A stretch of DNA of 64,000 nucleotides, taken from the NCBI GenBank assembly GCA_045660325.1, contig JAZRDO010000005.1, positions 56,474 through 120,473 of the forward strand. The letters run 5' to 3'. This DNA comes from Eubacteriales bacterium (GTDB lineage: Bacteria; Bacillota; Clostridia; Oscillospirales; CAG-272). The notes beneath the pieces were generated by a model that saw only the letters and a program-made list of their open reading frames with translations, was not told where the DNA came from and searched no databases. Positions within the stretch are counted from its first letter, which is position 1; each line of letters opens with the position of its first letter. Positions 25,945 through 36,834 of the stretch are shown here, one piece after another. A program made the position numbers and the translations under genes.

Positions 25945-27624
25945 ATGAAGAATTTTGATAAGTACACCCGACAGTTTTTCCCCGCCCCCAAGACGGAGAT
26001 GAAATGGACACAAAAAAATTATATAGATAAAGCCCCCGCGTGGTGTTCAGTTGACCTACGCGACGGCAACCAGTCGCTTATTGTTCCTATGAGCCTTGAA
26101 GAAAAGCTTGAATTTTTCAAGCTTCTCATTGAAATCGGCTTTAAAGAGATCGAGGTCGGCTTTCCTGCGGCATCCGAGACGGAATACGCGTTCCTTCGCA
26201 CGATCATTGAAAAAGATATGATCCCCGACGACGTAACGATTCAGGTCCTCACACAGAGCCGAGAGCATATTATAAAAAAGACCTTTGAAGCGCTTGACGG
26301 CTGTGAAAATGCAATCGTTCATCTTTACAACTCTACCTCCTATGCACAGAGAACTCAGGTTTTCCGAAAGAGCAAGGAAGAAATCATCAAGATCGCACTT
26401 GAAGGCGCAGAGCTGTTTGACAAAATAGCAAAAGAGAGTGGTGTGAGCTACACTTACGAATACTCTCCCGAATCCTTTACAGGTACTGAGCCCGAATTTG
26501 CGCTTGAAATTTGCAATGCCGTGCTTGACGTATGGAAGCCCACACCCGACAAGAAGGTTATTATAAATCTCCCCGTAACCGTTGAACTTTCAATGCCGCA
26601 CGTATATGCAAATCAGGTTGAATACATGTGCGATAATCTCAAATACAGGGATAGCGTTATCGTTTCCCTGCATCCTCATAATGACCGCGGCTGCGCGGTA
26701 TCGGATGCCGAGCTTGGACTCCTTGCAGGCGCTGACCGAATCGAAGGCACGCTCTTCGGCAACGGCGAAAGAACGGGTAACGTAGACATTCTCACGCTCG
26801 CTATGAATATGTACTCTCAGGGTGTTGATCCCGAACTTGATTTTTCAAATATCCCCCGTATCACTGCTCTTTACGAGAAGGTAACGAGAATGGATGTTTA
26901 CGCGCGTCAGCCGTATTCGGGTAAACTTGTATTTGCCGCTTTCTCAGGCTCTCATCAGGATGCTATCGCAAAGGGTATGAATTGGAGAGAAGAGACCGCC
27001 GATCCTCATTGGACGGTTCCCTATCTTCCTATCGACCCCACCGACGTCGGTAGAGTATATGAAACTGACGTTATCCGCATCAACTCCCAGTCGGGCAAGG
27101 GTGGTATTGCATATATTCTTGAGCATAACTACGGCTATATTATACCTCAGAAGATGCGCGAGGACGTAGGCTACACAATCAAAGATATTTCCGACAATGC
27201 TCACGCCGAGCTTCCTCCCGAGGACGTTCGCGAGGCATTCCGCGAAAACTACATCAATATCGAGTCTCCGATTAAGCTTCTCGACTGCCATTTCAACCGC
27301 GCAGACGAGATCACTGCTTACGTTACGCTTGAGATTGACGGTCAAAAGGACGTGCTTCACGGCACGGGTAACGGCCGACTTGATGCAGTTAACAATGCTA
27401 TTAAATCTATTCTTGATTTCAATTATTCAGACCTTACCTACACCGAGCACGCCCTCACAAGCGGATCCACCTCAAAGGCGGTTACCTACGTCAGCATAAC
27501 GAATGCCGACGGAAAGATCATCTTTGGCGTAGGCGAGCACGACGACATTATTCAGTCCTCGATAAGCGCGCTTATCTCTGCAGTTAACAAGGCAATTATC
27601 TACAATCAGCAAAAGGAGAACTAA
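25945..27624 (+). CDS. leuA: 2-isopropylmalate synthase (long, type-2 form)
   Basis: Start moved to MKNFDKY (ATG 25945, RBS GAGGTG); the ORF-track start runs back through the T-box terminator. [11 protein letters not shown] and HPHNDRG catalytic blocks. Confidence 0.93.
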   Translation: MKNFDKYTRQFFPAPKTEMKWTQKNYIDKAPAWCSVDLRDGNQSLIVPMSLEEKLEFFKLLIEIGFKEIEVGFPAASETEYAFLRTIIEKDMIPDDVTIQVLTQSREHIIKKTFEALDGCENAIVHLYNSTSYAQRTQVFRKSKEEIIKIALEGAELFDKIAKESGVSYTYEYSPESFTGTEPEFALEICNAVLDVWKPTPDKKVIINLPVTVELSMPHVYANQVEYMCDNLKYRDSVIVSLHPHNDRGCAVSDAELGLLAGADRIEGTLFGNGERTGNVDILTLAMNMYSQGVDPELDFSNIPRITALYEKVTRMDVYARQPYSGKLVFAAFSGSHQDAIAKGMNWREETADPHWTVPYLPIDPTDVGRVYETDVIRINSQSGKGGIAYILEHNYGYIIPQKMREDVGYTIKDISDNAHAELPPEDVREAFRENYINIESPIKLLDCHFNRADEITAYVTLEIDGQKDVLHGTGNGRLDAVNNAIKSILDFNYSDLTYTEHALTSGSTSKAVTYVSITNADGKIIFGVGEHDDIIQSSISALISAVNKAIIYNQQKEN

Positions 27625-27626
27625 TT

Positions 27627-28886
27627 ATGGGAATGACAATGACTCAAAAGATTTTGGCATCTCACGCAGGTCTTGAAAAGGTCTCTGCGGGTCAGCTTAT
27701 TGAGGCTAAGCTTGATATGGTGCTTGGCAACGATATCACCTCTCCCGTAGCAATCAACGAATTTAAAAAGTTCGGCTTTAACGAGGTTTTTGATAAAAAT
27801 AAAATTTCGCTTGTAATGGACCACTTCGTGCCCAACAAGGATATTAAAGCGGCTGAACAGACAAAGCAGTGCCGCGCATTTGCAAAAACGTTTGGAATTA
27901 AGAACTATTTCGACGTGGGAGATATGGGTATCGAGCACGCGCTTCTCCCCGAAAAGGGACTCGTTGGCCCCGGCGACGTTATCATCGGAGCTGACTCCCA
28001 CACCTGTACGTACGGTGCGCTCGGAGCATTCTCGACGGGCGTAGGCTCTACGGATATGGCGGCTGGTATGGCGACAGGTAAGGCTTGGTTCAAGGTCCCT
28101 TCCGCTATCAAGTTCAATCTTACGGGCGCGTTAAAATCCAATTGCTCGGGCAAGGACGTTATCCTTTATATTATCGGCAAGATCGGTGTTGACGGTGCGC
28201 TTTATAAGTCTATGGAATTTACAGGCGAAGGCCTTAAATCTCTTTCTATGGACGATAGACTTTGTATGGCTAATATGGCAATTGAAGCGGGCGCAAAGAA
28301 CGGCATATTTGACGTTGACGATATAACGATCAAGTATTATGAGGAAAGAATGACTCATCCTTATACAGTTTATTCCGCGGATGATGATGCCGAATACGAT
28401 AGCGTTATTGATATCGACCTCTCAAATATAGTTCCCACAGTTGCCTGCCCGCACCTTCCCGAAAACACCAAGAATGCGTGCGAATTATCTGACATAAAGA
28501 TCGATCAGTGTGTAATCGGCTCTTGTACAAACGGCAGGCTCTCCGATATGGAGATCGCGGCAAAGATACTTGAAGGAAAGCACGTTGCCGACGGAGTTCG
28601 TTGCATTATCATTCCCGCGACACAGTCAATTTATCTCGAATGTATCAAGCGCGGTTATATTGAAACGTTTATAAATGCAGGCTGCGTTGTTTCCACTCCC
28701 ACCTGCGGTCCCTGTCTTGGCGGTTATATGGGAATACTTGCCGCAGATGAGGTTGCAATTGCAACAACAAATAGAAATTTTGTAGGCCGTATGGGACATA
28801 TCACATCTAAGATCTACCTGTCTAGCCCTGCTACTGCGGCGGCTTCTGCAATTGCGGGCTACATTACTTGCCCCGAAGAAAACTAA
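27627..28886 (+). CDS. leuC: 3-isopropylmalate dehydratase large subunit
   Basis: 419 aa aconitase-family protein. GADSHT, and the Fe-S cysteines IGSCTNGR and CGPCLG. Confidence 0.93.
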   Translation: MGMTMTQKILASHAGLEKVSAGQLIEAKLDMVLGNDITSPVAINEFKKFGFNEVFDKNKISLVMDHFVPNKDIKAAEQTKQCRAFAKTFGIKNYFDVGDMGIEHALLPEKGLVGPGDVIIGADSHTCTYGALGAFSTGVGSTDMAAGMATGKAWFKVPSAIKFNLTGALKSNCSGKDVILYIIGKIGVDGALYKSMEFTGEGLKSLSMDDRLCMANMAIEAGAKNGIFDVDDITIKYYEERMTHPYTVYSADDDAEYDSVIDIDLSNIVPTVACPHLPENTKNACELSDIKIDQCVIGSCTNGRLSDMEIAAKILEGKHVADGVRCIIIPATQSIYLECIKRGYIETFINAGCVVSTPTCGPCLGGYMGILAADEVAIATTNRNFVGRMGHITSKIYLSSPATAAASAIAGYITCPEEN

Positions 28887-28898
28887 GGAGGTATCAAA

Positions 28899-29381
28899 AT
28901 GAAAGCATACGGAAAAGTTCATAAATACGGCGACAATATTGATACCGACGTAATTATCCCCGCGCGTTATCTTAATACTTCAAATCATAGTGAGCTTGCC
29001 TCTCACTGTATGGAGGACATTGACGCTGAATTCAAGAACAAGGTTGCAGGCGGCGACATTATGGTCGGCGGCGCGAACTTCGGATGTGGCTCATCCCGTG
29101 AGCACGCACCTATCGCTATCAAGGCCTCAGGCATCTCAATCGTAATCGCTGAAACCTTTGCAAGAATTTTCTATAGAAACGCGATCAATATTGGTCTTCC
29201 CATTCTTGAATGCCCCGAGGCATCCCGAAAAATTGAAGCGGGCGACGTAGTTGAAGTCGATTTTGACACAGGTATTATTACAAATCACACAAAGGGCGAA
29301 ACCTACGTAGGAACACCCTTCCCTCCGTTCATTCAAAATATTATTACAAAGGGCGGCCTTCTCGCCTCAATAGAAAAGTGA
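28899..29381 (+). CDS. leuD: 3-isopropylmalate dehydratase small subunit
   Basis: 160 aa. [14 protein letters not shown] swivel-domain motif. RBS AAGGAGG. Confidence 0.93.
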   Translation: MKAYGKVHKYGDNIDTDVIIPARYLNTSNHSELASHCMEDIDAEFKNKVAGGDIMVGGANFGCGSSREHAPIAIKASGISIVIAETFARIFYRNAINIGLPILECPEASRKIEAGDVVEVDFDTGIITNHTKGETYVGTPFPPFIQNIITKGGLLASIEK

Positions 29382-29391
29382 GGACTCAGCT

Positions 29392-30462
29392 ATGATAAAG
29401 AATATAACAGTTCTCGCCGGCGACGGAATCGGCCCTGAGATAGTAAGAGAAGCAATCAAGGTGCTTGATAAGATTGCCGAGAAATACGGACACACCTTTA
29501 ATTACACTCCCGTTGATATCGGCGGTTGCTCTATTGACAAATACGGCGTACCGATCACCGACGAGGGTATGGCAAAATGTAAAGAGGCAGACAGTGTTCT
29601 TCTCGGTGCGGTCGGCGGTCCTAAGTGGGACTCCTGCCCCCCTGCGATCCGTCCTGAAAAGGCGCTCCTCGCGGTAAGAAAGGAGCTTGGTCTCTTTGCT
29701 AATCTCCGTCCGACGAAGCTTTTCCCCCAGCTTGCTGATGCATCTCCTTTAAAGCCTTCTATAGTTGGTAACGGAATCGACCTTTTGATCGTTCGTGAGC
29801 TTACGGGCGGTGTTTACTTTGGCAAGCGCACAACAGAAGAGGTCAACGGCGAGCTTGTAGCAACTGACTATATGCCATACTCCGAGCACGAGATCGAAAG
29901 AATCGGCAGAGTTGCATTTGAGACCGCTATGAAGAGAAATAAAAAGCTCGCATCGGTTGACAAAGCAAACGTGCTTGATACGTCCCGTCTTTGGAGAAAA
30001 ACAATGCACCGACTTGCAGAAGAATATCCCGAGGTTGAATATAGCGATATTCTCGTTGATAATACAGCAATGCAGCTTATTAAAAATCCCACACAGTTCG
30101 ACGTGCTTGTAACCGAGAATATGTTTGGCGACATCCTTTCCGACGAAGCGTCTATGCTTACAGGCTCGATCGGTATGATGCCATCCGCTTCCCTTTCTTC
30201 AACTACTCTCGGTATGTATGAGCCTATTCACGGCTCAGCTCCCGATATTGCAGGTATGGATATCGCAAACCCCATAGGCACAATTCTTTCGGTTGCCATG
30301 ATGCTCCGTTATTCATTTGATATGATAACCGAAGCCGACAATATCGAAGATGCAGTAAACAAGGTGCTTGATATGGGCTACCGTACGGGCGATATTATGT
30401 CCGACGGATGCACAAGACTTTCCTGCTCACAAATGGGCGACGTTATAGTCAAAAATATATAA
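29392..30462 (+). CDS. leuB: 3-isopropylmalate dehydrogenase
   Basis: 356 aa. [27 protein letters not shown] and [12 protein letters not shown] motifs. Confidence 0.95.
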   Translation: MIKNITVLAGDGIGPEIVREAIKVLDKIAEKYGHTFNYTPVDIGGCSIDKYGVPITDEGMAKCKEADSVLLGAVGGPKWDSCPPAIRPEKALLAVRKELGLFANLRPTKLFPQLADASPLKPSIVGNGIDLLIVRELTGGVYFGKRTTEEVNGELVATDYMPYSEHEIERIGRVAFETAMKRNKKLASVDKANVLDTSRLWRKTMHRLAEEYPEVEYSDILVDNTAMQLIKNPTQFDVLVTENMFGDILSDEASMLTGSIGMMPSASLSSTTLGMYEPIHGSAPDIAGMDIANPIGTILSVAMMLRYSFDMITEADNIEDAVNKVLDMGYRTGDIMSDGCTRLSCSQMGDVIVKNI

Positions 30463-30464
30463 AA

Positions 30465-30495
30465 AGAAAAGGACGGAAATTACCGTCCTTTTTTG
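30465..30495. terminator. Bidirectional terminator (leuB / lipoprotein gene)
   Basis: GGACGG-AAATTA-CCGTCC flanked by AAAA and TTTTTT. Confidence 0.8.
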
Positions 30496-30933
30496 TTATT
30501 CAAAATTAAGCTTAAGCACCTTTTGAGCAACCTCAGAATTAGTTGTGATCATAACTGTGCCGACACGCGCCGCCTTGACCGATGAAGCTACGGTTTTATC
30601 GCACACAAAGAAGCCGTAATACTCCTTGCATTGATCCTCCGTTGCAAATTCAATTATCTGGCAGGTGATTTTAGCGTCGTCCTTATGAGCAAGCTCTACT
30701 TGATACACTATCTTAACCTTTGGTCCACCAAGCGCAGAAGAAACCATATTTGTAAGAGAGGTAATATAATTCAGCTCGTCCTCGGTTTCATAGACCCTTG
30801 TGACCTCAAATCCTTTTCTCTCAAGCTTCTTGACGGTCTTTTCGGTATTTATTTTCATTCCGCAGCCCGCGAATGAAAGACACATTGATAAAACCAATGC
30901 AATTGACACTATTGATATAATAATTTTTTTCAT
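30496..30933 (-). CDS. Small lipoprotein, function unknown (last gene of the radical SAM operon)
   Basis: 145 aa. Signal peptide plus lipobox LSFAGC. RBS AGGAGAA. Starts 15 nt after the upstream gene's stop. Confidence 0.6.
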   Translation of the reverse strand: MKKIIISIVSIALVLSMCLSFAGCGMKINTEKTVKKLERKGFEVTRVYETEDELNYITSLTNMVSSALGGPKVKIVYQVELAHKDDAKITCQIIEFATEDQCKEYYGFFVCDKTVASSVKAARVGTVMITTNSEVAQKVLKLNFE

Positions 30934-30948
30934 ATTGTTCTCCTGAAT

Positions 30949-32277
30949 TTAATTTTCGCCGACAAAAAGTAAATGATTTGTCATGCCAAGCAGCTCCGGC
31001 TTTTCGCAAATGTAAAAGTGATAGCGGAGATACTGTGCATAGTCCTCGTCGCTCATTTCGTTGATCCTTTCCGCCAAAAGTTCGCTTGCTCCGTCAGATG
31101 CCACCTCGTGTAAGATGTTTATGCCCCCGTCGGAGAGAAGCTTTCTCGCGGCACCAACCGTGTGGAACACAAATGGAAAATCTTCAAGCTTAAAGGTCTC
31201 TTTATCATAATGTCCGACAGAAAAGTAATTCGTGTCGTATTCGAACTCCGTGAGGAATACAAAATCGTTTGAAATAAAGGCGAAAAATATCTTGCCACCA
31301 TCCTTGCAGACACGCTTAGCTTCACTAATACATTTCAGCCTATCTTCTTCATTCTGCAAATGATAAAGTGGACCGAACATAAGCACGATGTCAAAGGATT
31401 TGTCCTCATAGCGAGAGAGATCAAGAGCGTTACCTTGAACAAGATCAATCTTATCTTCGGGGGTGAGCTTCTTTTTGAAAGCGGCAATATTCGCATCCGC
31501 AAGCTCAAGAGCCGACACTTCATAACCCTTACGGGCAAAGTAAAGGCTGTATTCACCTGCACCTGCGCCGATGTCGAGTATCTTGCCGCCCTCTTTTAAG
31601 TATTTTTCTATGTAGTGAACGGTTGTCAAAAATTCAACTCGTGCGGCTTTTGAACGATTGAGCCTAACATCCTCATTAAATACCTGATATAGCTTATTTA
31701 CGCGCTTTGTTTCGTCCTTTTCTTTATAGATTTCCTCAAAAAAGTCCTTTTTGGTCTTTATCCAAAATCTCTTCAAGCTAACCTTTTCATTGGGTTCAAA
31801 AACTGTTGATTCGTATTCACCGCCATTTGCAAGTATTGTCTTCTCACTTGCAATATTTCCGTCTATACAGGTTATAAGAACCTTATTAAGTCCTATCCCC
31901 TTACAAAACGGAAGTGCCATTTTTAGCATTTCTTTTGCATAACCACGACGCCTCTCACTCGGTCTTACGGAGTAACCGATGTGACCGCCGAATTGAGCGA
32001 GATAATCGTTAAACTCGTGTCTTACTTGAAGCATTCCTACAAGTTTATCGTCACTCTTACGAATAAATAAGAATTGCGTAGCAGGAACTAAATGAGAAGG
32101 AACCTTTTCTGGGTCTTCGTACTCCGCACAAATTTTTATATATTCTTCGGGATTTTCAAATCTTCTGAGAGGTCCCGTTCCGTCCATTGAATCTCCCGCA
32201 TCGAGAAACTCCTGTCGATATTCCGAAATCTGATCCGAATATTCTACAGTCGGTCGGATCAAAATTAATTCGTCCAT
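30949..32277 (-). CDS. Fusion protein: GNAT N-acyltransferase domain plus class I SAM-dependent methyltransferase domain
   Basis: 442 aa. The N-terminal half carries a GNAT core (...GYSVRPSERRRGYAKEMLKMAL...). The C-terminal half carries the SAM motif ILDIGAGAGEYS...DIVLMFGPLYHL. RBS AAGGTGG. Confidence 0.75.
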   Translation of the reverse strand: MDELILIRPTVEYSDQISEYRQEFLDAGDSMDGTGPLRRFENPEEYIKICAEYEDPEKVPSHLVPATQFLFIRKSDDKLVGMLQVRHEFNDYLAQFGGHIGYSVRPSERRRGYAKEMLKMALPFCKGIGLNKVLITCIDGNIASEKTILANGGEYESTVFEPNEKVSLKRFWIKTKKDFFEEIYKEKDETKRVNKLYQVFNEDVRLNRSKAARVEFLTTVHYIEKYLKEGGKILDIGAGAGEYSLYFARKGYEVSALELADANIAAFKKKLTPEDKIDLVQGNALDLSRYEDKSFDIVLMFGPLYHLQNEEDRLKCISEAKRVCKDGGKIFFAFISNDFVFLTEFEYDTNYFSVGHYDKETFKLEDFPFVFHTVGAARKLLSDGGINILHEVASDGASELLAERINEMSDEDYAQYLRYHFYICEKPELLGMTNHLLFVGEN

Positions 32278-32278
32278 A

Positions 32279-32605
32279 TTACCACCTTTTCATATTTTTT
32301 CCGAACTTTTCCACGTATGCCCTTTTAAGCTCTTCCTCTGTAATACCATAGCAAAGCATAACATCATTGAAGTACATAAGCACGTCAGCCATTTCTTCAA
32401 TAAGATCCTTGCGAATATTCACATCAGTTGCAGCTTTCTCTCCACCGTTTTTCTTTACGATGTCAATAACCTCGCCAATCTCACCAATCATCCAAAGAAG
32501 CTTGTTCTGACCAATTTGAGCACATATCGGCTCCCATTTGGCTTTATATTTTTCTTGAAGCAATCTCTGCATTTCCTGCATTTCGCTTATAGTAAACTGT
32601 TCCAT
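32279..32605 (-). CDS. MazG-type all-alpha nucleoside triphosphate pyrophosphohydrolase (small, 108 aa)
   Basis: Acidic metal-binding helices GEIGEVIDIVKK and LIEEMADVLMYF. RBS GAGGG. Its stop lies 1 nt before the next ATG. Confidence 0.7.
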   Translation of the reverse strand: MEQFTISEMQEMQRLLQEKYKAKWEPICAQIGQNKLLWMIGEIGEVIDIVKKNGGEKAATDVNIRKDLIEEMADVLMYFNDVMLCYGITEEELKRAYVEKFGKNMKRW

Positions 32606-32630
32606 AGTCCCTCACAAATTACTTTCTTCC

Positions 32631-33467
32631 TTACCCCAACCTCGTTACCGCAAAGCCGCATTTTTGACAGAGGGGTTCTTTGATATTGCGATTCTCAAAG
32701 GATTTTTTGAGTGCGACCGCACGGGGCTTCTCCAAAATATCCGCAAGGTCTTCTTCAAAGATATTTCCTAAATTTATCACACCATCGGCATCAAGACAAC
32801 ATGGTACGACAGTTCCGTCGCACAAAATTCCGATCTGATCGCGAAGTCCGTAGCAGGTGTGATTACTCGAAAGCGTGGGCGCATTTTCATCCGGCCAATC
32901 GAACTTTTCGCCCCATTCAACAAAGCACTTTTCTTTTAATTTATAACCGTTTTGAGCCTTTTGCCAATCGGACGGAAAATACTCCTTCATAAGAGATATG
33001 ATTTCCTCGTTAAGCGTTTCAAGACCGCCCTTGTTCCACAAGCGCATTACCGAAATAATACCCTTATCCGACGCTTCTTTGCAAAACTCAAAACAAGATT
33101 TCAAATATTTTTCGGGAGAGATATCGTTATTATTCGCTTCAAAGGAATGAAGAGAAACACTAACCTTATGCAAGGCTTTTGCATCAAAAAGAATATCCTT
33201 TTTCTTATCAAGCAAAGTGCCGTTTGTAGTAATTACGACCTTGAAGCCGAGGCTATGAGCTATCTCAAAAAATTCAGCGAGATTCGGGTGCAAAAGCGGC
33301 TCGCCCATTAGATGAAAATACAAATACTTGGTATACGGCACAAGCTTTTCGGCGGCTATTTTAAATTCATCAACCGAAAGAAGCTTATGCGCTCTTTTCG
33401 TTCCGTGACAAAACGAGCAGCTAAGATTACAAATATTCGTAATTTCAAGATAAGCCTTTTTAAACAT
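32631..33467 (-). CDS. Radical SAM enzyme with C-terminal SPASM/twitch-type Cys cluster (short, 278 aa)
   Basis: Start moved to MFKKAYLEITNICNLSCSFC (ATG 33465-33467, RBS GAGGAGGG). CX3CX2C motif. C-terminal C-x10-C..VVPCC...CQKCG. Confidence 0.85.
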   Translation of the reverse strand: MFKKAYLEITNICNLSCSFCHGTKRAHKLLSVDEFKIAAEKLVPYTKYLYFHLMGEPLLHPNLAEFFEIAHSLGFKVVITTNGTLLDKKKDILFDAKALHKVSVSLHSFEANNNDISPEKYLKSCFEFCKEASDKGIISVMRLWNKGGLETLNEEIISLMKEYFPSDWQKAQNGYKLKEKCFVEWGEKFDWPDENAPTLSSNHTCYGLRDQIGILCDGTVVPCCLDADGVINLGNIFEEDLADILEKPRAVALKKSFENRNIKEPLCQKCGFAVTRLG

Positions 33468-33624
33468 ATAACACCCTCCTCTCATAAAACTTTAGTTAAG
33501 TATAACACAAATTTACATAAAAGTAAATACACAAAATACGACAAATATAATTTATTTGATTGACAAAGAGGAAAAAATAATTTATAATATATAAGATAAA
33601 GTTATTATTTTTACGGAGAACACT

Positions 33625-34923
33625 ATGCAGCTTGTTGCTACCTGCCTTTTCGGACTTGAAAAACAGCTCGGCGAGGAAATTGACGCCTTAGGGCTTAAAA
33701 GAATAGAAACCATTGACGGTAGAATTACCTTCGAGGGAGATTTTTCGGATATTGCGCGCGCAAACATCAACCTGCGACTTGCAGAGCGCGTGTTTATTCT
33801 TATGGGAAAATTCCATGCGGAGAGCTTTACCGAGCTTTTTGACGGCACGAACGCAATTCATTGGGAAGACTTCATCGGCAGATCCGACGCCTTCCCCGTA
33901 AGCGGTCATTCAATAAAAAGCAAGCTTACCTCTATCCCCGATTGCCAAAGTATCGTGAAAAAGGCGATCGTTGACAGACTGTCGGGTGCATACGGTATTT
34001 CCTGGTTTGATGAAACAGGCATAAAATTCAAGATAGAATTCTTTATTCTCAAGGATGAGGCAATGCTTCTTCTTGACACCTCGGGAACTCCTCTCCACAA
34101 ACGCGGTTACCGTCCCGAAGCGGGCGCAGCGCCCTTGCGAGAAACACTTGCGGCAAGCATTGCTCTTACCTCCCGTCCCTCAGAGGACGTACTGTTCTGG
34201 GATCCCTTTTGCGGCTCGGGAACAATTGCAATTGAGGCAGCAATGATCGCAAAAAATATTGCTCCTGGTTTAAAGCGCCGATTCGCTGCTCAGGAATTCC
34301 CCTTTATCCCCGCAGAGCTTTGGGATAACGCTCGCGAGGAAGCCAGCTCAAAGATAATTACCAACTCAAAATTTGAGGCGTGGGCATCCGATATTGACGA
34401 GGGAATTCTTGATATTACCTATGAATCCGCACTTCGTGCAGGAGTTGAGGAAAATCTCAATATTTTCACGGCAGACGCAAGAAAAATAAAGAAGCCCGAG
34501 GGTAGACGCGGAAGTCTCGTTTGCAATCCCCCTTACGGCGAGCGACTTGGCGACGCGCGTGAGATTGAATTTCTCTACAAAGACGTAGGAAGAAATTTTG
34601 CGGACTTCTCGCCCTGGCACGTATACGTTATTACATCCTGCGAGACCTTTGAAAGACTTTACGGCAGACCCGCTGACAAGAAAAAGAAGCTTTATAACGG
34701 AATGATCCCCTGCACTCTCTACCAGTTCTTCAAGCCCTATGAGGGAAAACCCAACTTTCCTAAGCAATATGATAAACGCCCCTACAATTCAAACGAAAGA
34801 TTTTCCGATCGCAAGCCTTCTTCCTTTGGCGCGTCAAACAACCGTGACGGCAAGTTCGGAAACAAGAACATTTCGGGCGCCAAATACGACAAATTCAAGA
34901 AAAATAACGACGAAAGGAAATAA
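33625..34923 (+). CDS. THUMP-domain class I SAM-dependent RNA methyltransferase (RlmL/YpsC-like) with a basic low-complexity tail
   Basis: N-terminal THUMP-like region, DPFCGSGTIAIEAA SAM motif and NPPYGERLG catalytic motif. C-terminal 80 aa are rich in K/N/R/F. Confidence 0.85.
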   Translation: MQLVATCLFGLEKQLGEEIDALGLKRIETIDGRITFEGDFSDIARANINLRLAERVFILMGKFHAESFTELFDGTNAIHWEDFIGRSDAFPVSGHSIKSKLTSIPDCQSIVKKAIVDRLSGAYGISWFDETGIKFKIEFFILKDEAMLLLDTSGTPLHKRGYRPEAGAAPLRETLAASIALTSRPSEDVLFWDPFCGSGTIAIEAAMIAKNIAPGLKRRFAAQEFPFIPAELWDNAREEASSKIITNSKFEAWASDIDEGILDITYESALRAGVEENLNIFTADARKIKKPEGRRGSLVCNPPYGERLGDAREIEFLYKDVGRNFADFSPWHVYVITSCETFERLYGRPADKKKKLYNGMIPCTLYQFFKPYEGKPNFPKQYDKRPYNSNERFSDRKPSSFGASNNRDGKFGNKNISGAKYDKFKKNNDERK

Positions 34924-34931
34924 AATTTCCA

Positions 34932-35801
34932 ATGCTTAATTTATGTGATCCAAGAACCATAAAGCAGGTTATGGATATGTTCGGTATCAACTTTAAAAAG
35001 GAATACGGACAGAACTTTTTAACTGACAACATGACTGTTGAGGATATCGCAGACGCCTGCTCAGACGACGAAAACACAACTGTCCTTGAAATCGGCCCAG
35101 GTATCGGATGTATGACCCGCGAGCTTGCAAAGAGATATAAGAACGTAATAGCACTTGAAATTGATACGGGTCTTATTCCCGTTCTTAAATACACTCTTGA
35201 CGGCTTTAAAAACGTAACGGTAATAAACGACGACGTTATGAAGGCAGATCTTGAGGAGATTTTAGCGCCTTATTTTGCAGAGGGCAAGGTTTGTGTTTGC
35301 GCAAATCTTCCCTACTATATTACAACCCCGATCCTTATGAAGCTTATTGAATCAAAGCTTCCCTTTGAATCCATAACTGTTATGGTACAAAGTGAGGTTG
35401 CCGACCGCCTTTGCGCGGGCGCGGGCGGTAAGAACTGCGGCGCAATTACCGCGGCTATTGATTACTACGGACATGCCGAAAGACTTTTCGTTGTAAATGC
35501 CGAGCGATTTATGCCTCCGCCTAAGGTAAACTCCGCAGTTGCAAAGATCACTCTCTGGAAGAATAAGCCCGTTGTTCCTAAGGACGAAGCAATGTTTTTC
35601 AGAACCGTAAAAGCAGCATTTGAGCAGCGTAGAAAAACGCTTCCCAACTCTCTTATGACAGGATTCTCGGATATTTCAAAGGAAAGACTTACCGAAATCA
35701 TTATTGAATGCGGCCACCGTCCCGACGTGCGCGGCGAAAAACTCACAGTGGCAGATTTCGCAAGACTCTCCGACAAGCTTTACGATGAGCTCAATAAATA
35801 A
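34932..35801 (+). CDS. rsmA: 16S rRNA (adenine1518/1519-N6)-dimethyltransferase
   Basis: KKEYGQNFL, VLEIGPGIGCMT and NLPYYITTPI motifs. The start could instead be the downstream ATG 34971 or 34977 (Met14/Met16). Confidence 0.92.
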   Translation: MLNLCDPRTIKQVMDMFGINFKKEYGQNFLTDNMTVEDIADACSDDENTTVLEIGPGIGCMTRELAKRYKNVIALEIDTGLIPVLKYTLDGFKNVTVINDDVMKADLEEILAPYFAEGKVCVCANLPYYITTPILMKLIESKLPFESITVMVQSEVADRLCAGAGGKNCGAITAAIDYYGHAERLFVVNAERFMPPPKVNSAVAKITLWKNKPVVPKDEAMFFRTVKAAFEQRRKTLPNSLMTGFSDISKERLTEIIIECGHRPDVRGEKLTVADFARLSDKLYDELNK

Positions 35802-35838
35802 AAAAGAACTCCGACCGATCGGTCGGAGCTTTCTTTTA
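35800..35838. terminator. Bidirectional terminator (rsmA / 2-hydroxyacid dehydrogenase)
   Basis: CTCCGACC-GATC-GGTCGGAG flanked by AAAAAA and TTTCTTTT. Confidence 0.85.
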
Positions 35839-36783
35839 TACAAGTCGATTTCTTTGTTTTCCCGCAAGGAAGGCTTCAAGATTTAAAATTGCTTCATCTC
35901 GGCATCTTACTCGGGATTCATACGAGCCCCAAGCCATGTGAGGCGTTAAGATCACATTGTCAAGTCCTGCTATCTTCGTGAAAGGATGAGATGCCTTGAA
36001 AGGCTCTTCGGTATATACGTCAACACCAAGACCGTAGATCTTCTTATTTAAAACCGCATCAGCAAGCACTGATTCGTCGCAAACCGCACCACGAGCAACG
36101 TTTACAACGATCGCATTGTCCTTCATCATAGCAATTCTATCGGCATTTATAAGGTTTCTAGTACCGTCATTGAGAGGTGTGTGGATAGAAATGATATCCG
36201 CCGTCGCGCAAAGAGTATCAATATCAACACATTCAACCTCATCCACGGGTGTTCTCTTATATGCAATAATTTTACATCCGAGAGCCTCTGCAACACGGGC
36301 TACCTGCTTGCCGATATTTCCATATCCAACGATGCCCCACGTCTTTCCAGCGATATCGTGATAGGTAGGTGTTAGAATGTTTGCAACCTTGCCGTTTGAA
36401 TACGTTCCATCAGCGCAATCACGTGAAAACGACGTCATATTTGAAATAAGCGACAATGCCATTGAAACTGTGATCTGCGACACGCTCATCGTTGAGTATC
36501 CGACAACGTTACACACAGCAATTCCGTGCTCCTTGCAATAATTGAGGTCAATATTGTCAAAGCCCGTAGCCATTTCAAGTACAAGCTTGAGATTTTTTGC
36601 ATTTTTAAGATTGCTTTCGTTAATTTTGATTTTATTAATCACAATTACGTCGCTATCTCCAATATTCTTCTCAACCTCATCTGCGGGCGTAGTTCCAAAA
36701 ATAGCTACCTCGCCGTATTTTTCAAATACCGAAAGATCGAGATCGTCGCCTAAGGTAGACGCGTCCAAAATTGAAATTTTCAT
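35836..36783 (-). CDS. D-isomer-specific 2-hydroxyacid dehydrogenase (glycerate/hydroxypyruvate reductase-like)
   Basis: 315 aa. NAD fold GIVGYGNIGKQVA, NVARG and the catalytic ILTPHMAWGS region. Confidence 0.85.
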   Translation of the reverse strand: MKISILDASTLGDDLDLSVFEKYGEVAIFGTTPADEVEKNIGDSDVIVINKIKINESNLKNAKNLKLVLEMATGFDNIDLNYCKEHGIAVCNVVGYSTMSVSQITVSMALSLISNMTSFSRDCADGTYSNGKVANILTPTYHDIAGKTWGIVGYGNIGKQVARVAEALGCKIIAYKRTPVDEVECVDIDTLCATADIISIHTPLNDGTRNLINADRIAMMKDNAIVVNVARGAVCDESVLADAVLNKKIYGLGVDVYTEEPFKASHPFTKIAGLDNVILTPHMAWGSYESRVRCRDEAILNLEAFLAGKQRNRLV

Positions 36784-36801
36784 ATAATTTCCCCTTAAAT
36801 T

Positions 36802-36834
36802 TAAAAAAATGAGGGTATGACAATCATACCCTCG
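36802..36834 (-). terminator. Stem-loop with T-run between the small TM gene and the dehydrogenase gene
   Basis: GAGGGTATGA-CAA-TCATACCCTC (36811-36833). On the minus strand it is followed by ATTTTTTTAA. Confidence 0.65.

Noticed and set aside
32631-33467. Radical SAM/SPASM gene interpreted as a RiPP maturase
   Set aside because: I could not find a short ORF with an RBS in the 158-bp upstream region or between the operon genes, and there is no peptidase or ABC exporter nearby. The RiPP reading is therefore dropped in favour of an unknown non-peptide substrate. A precursor shorter than about 20 aa cannot be fully excluded by eye.
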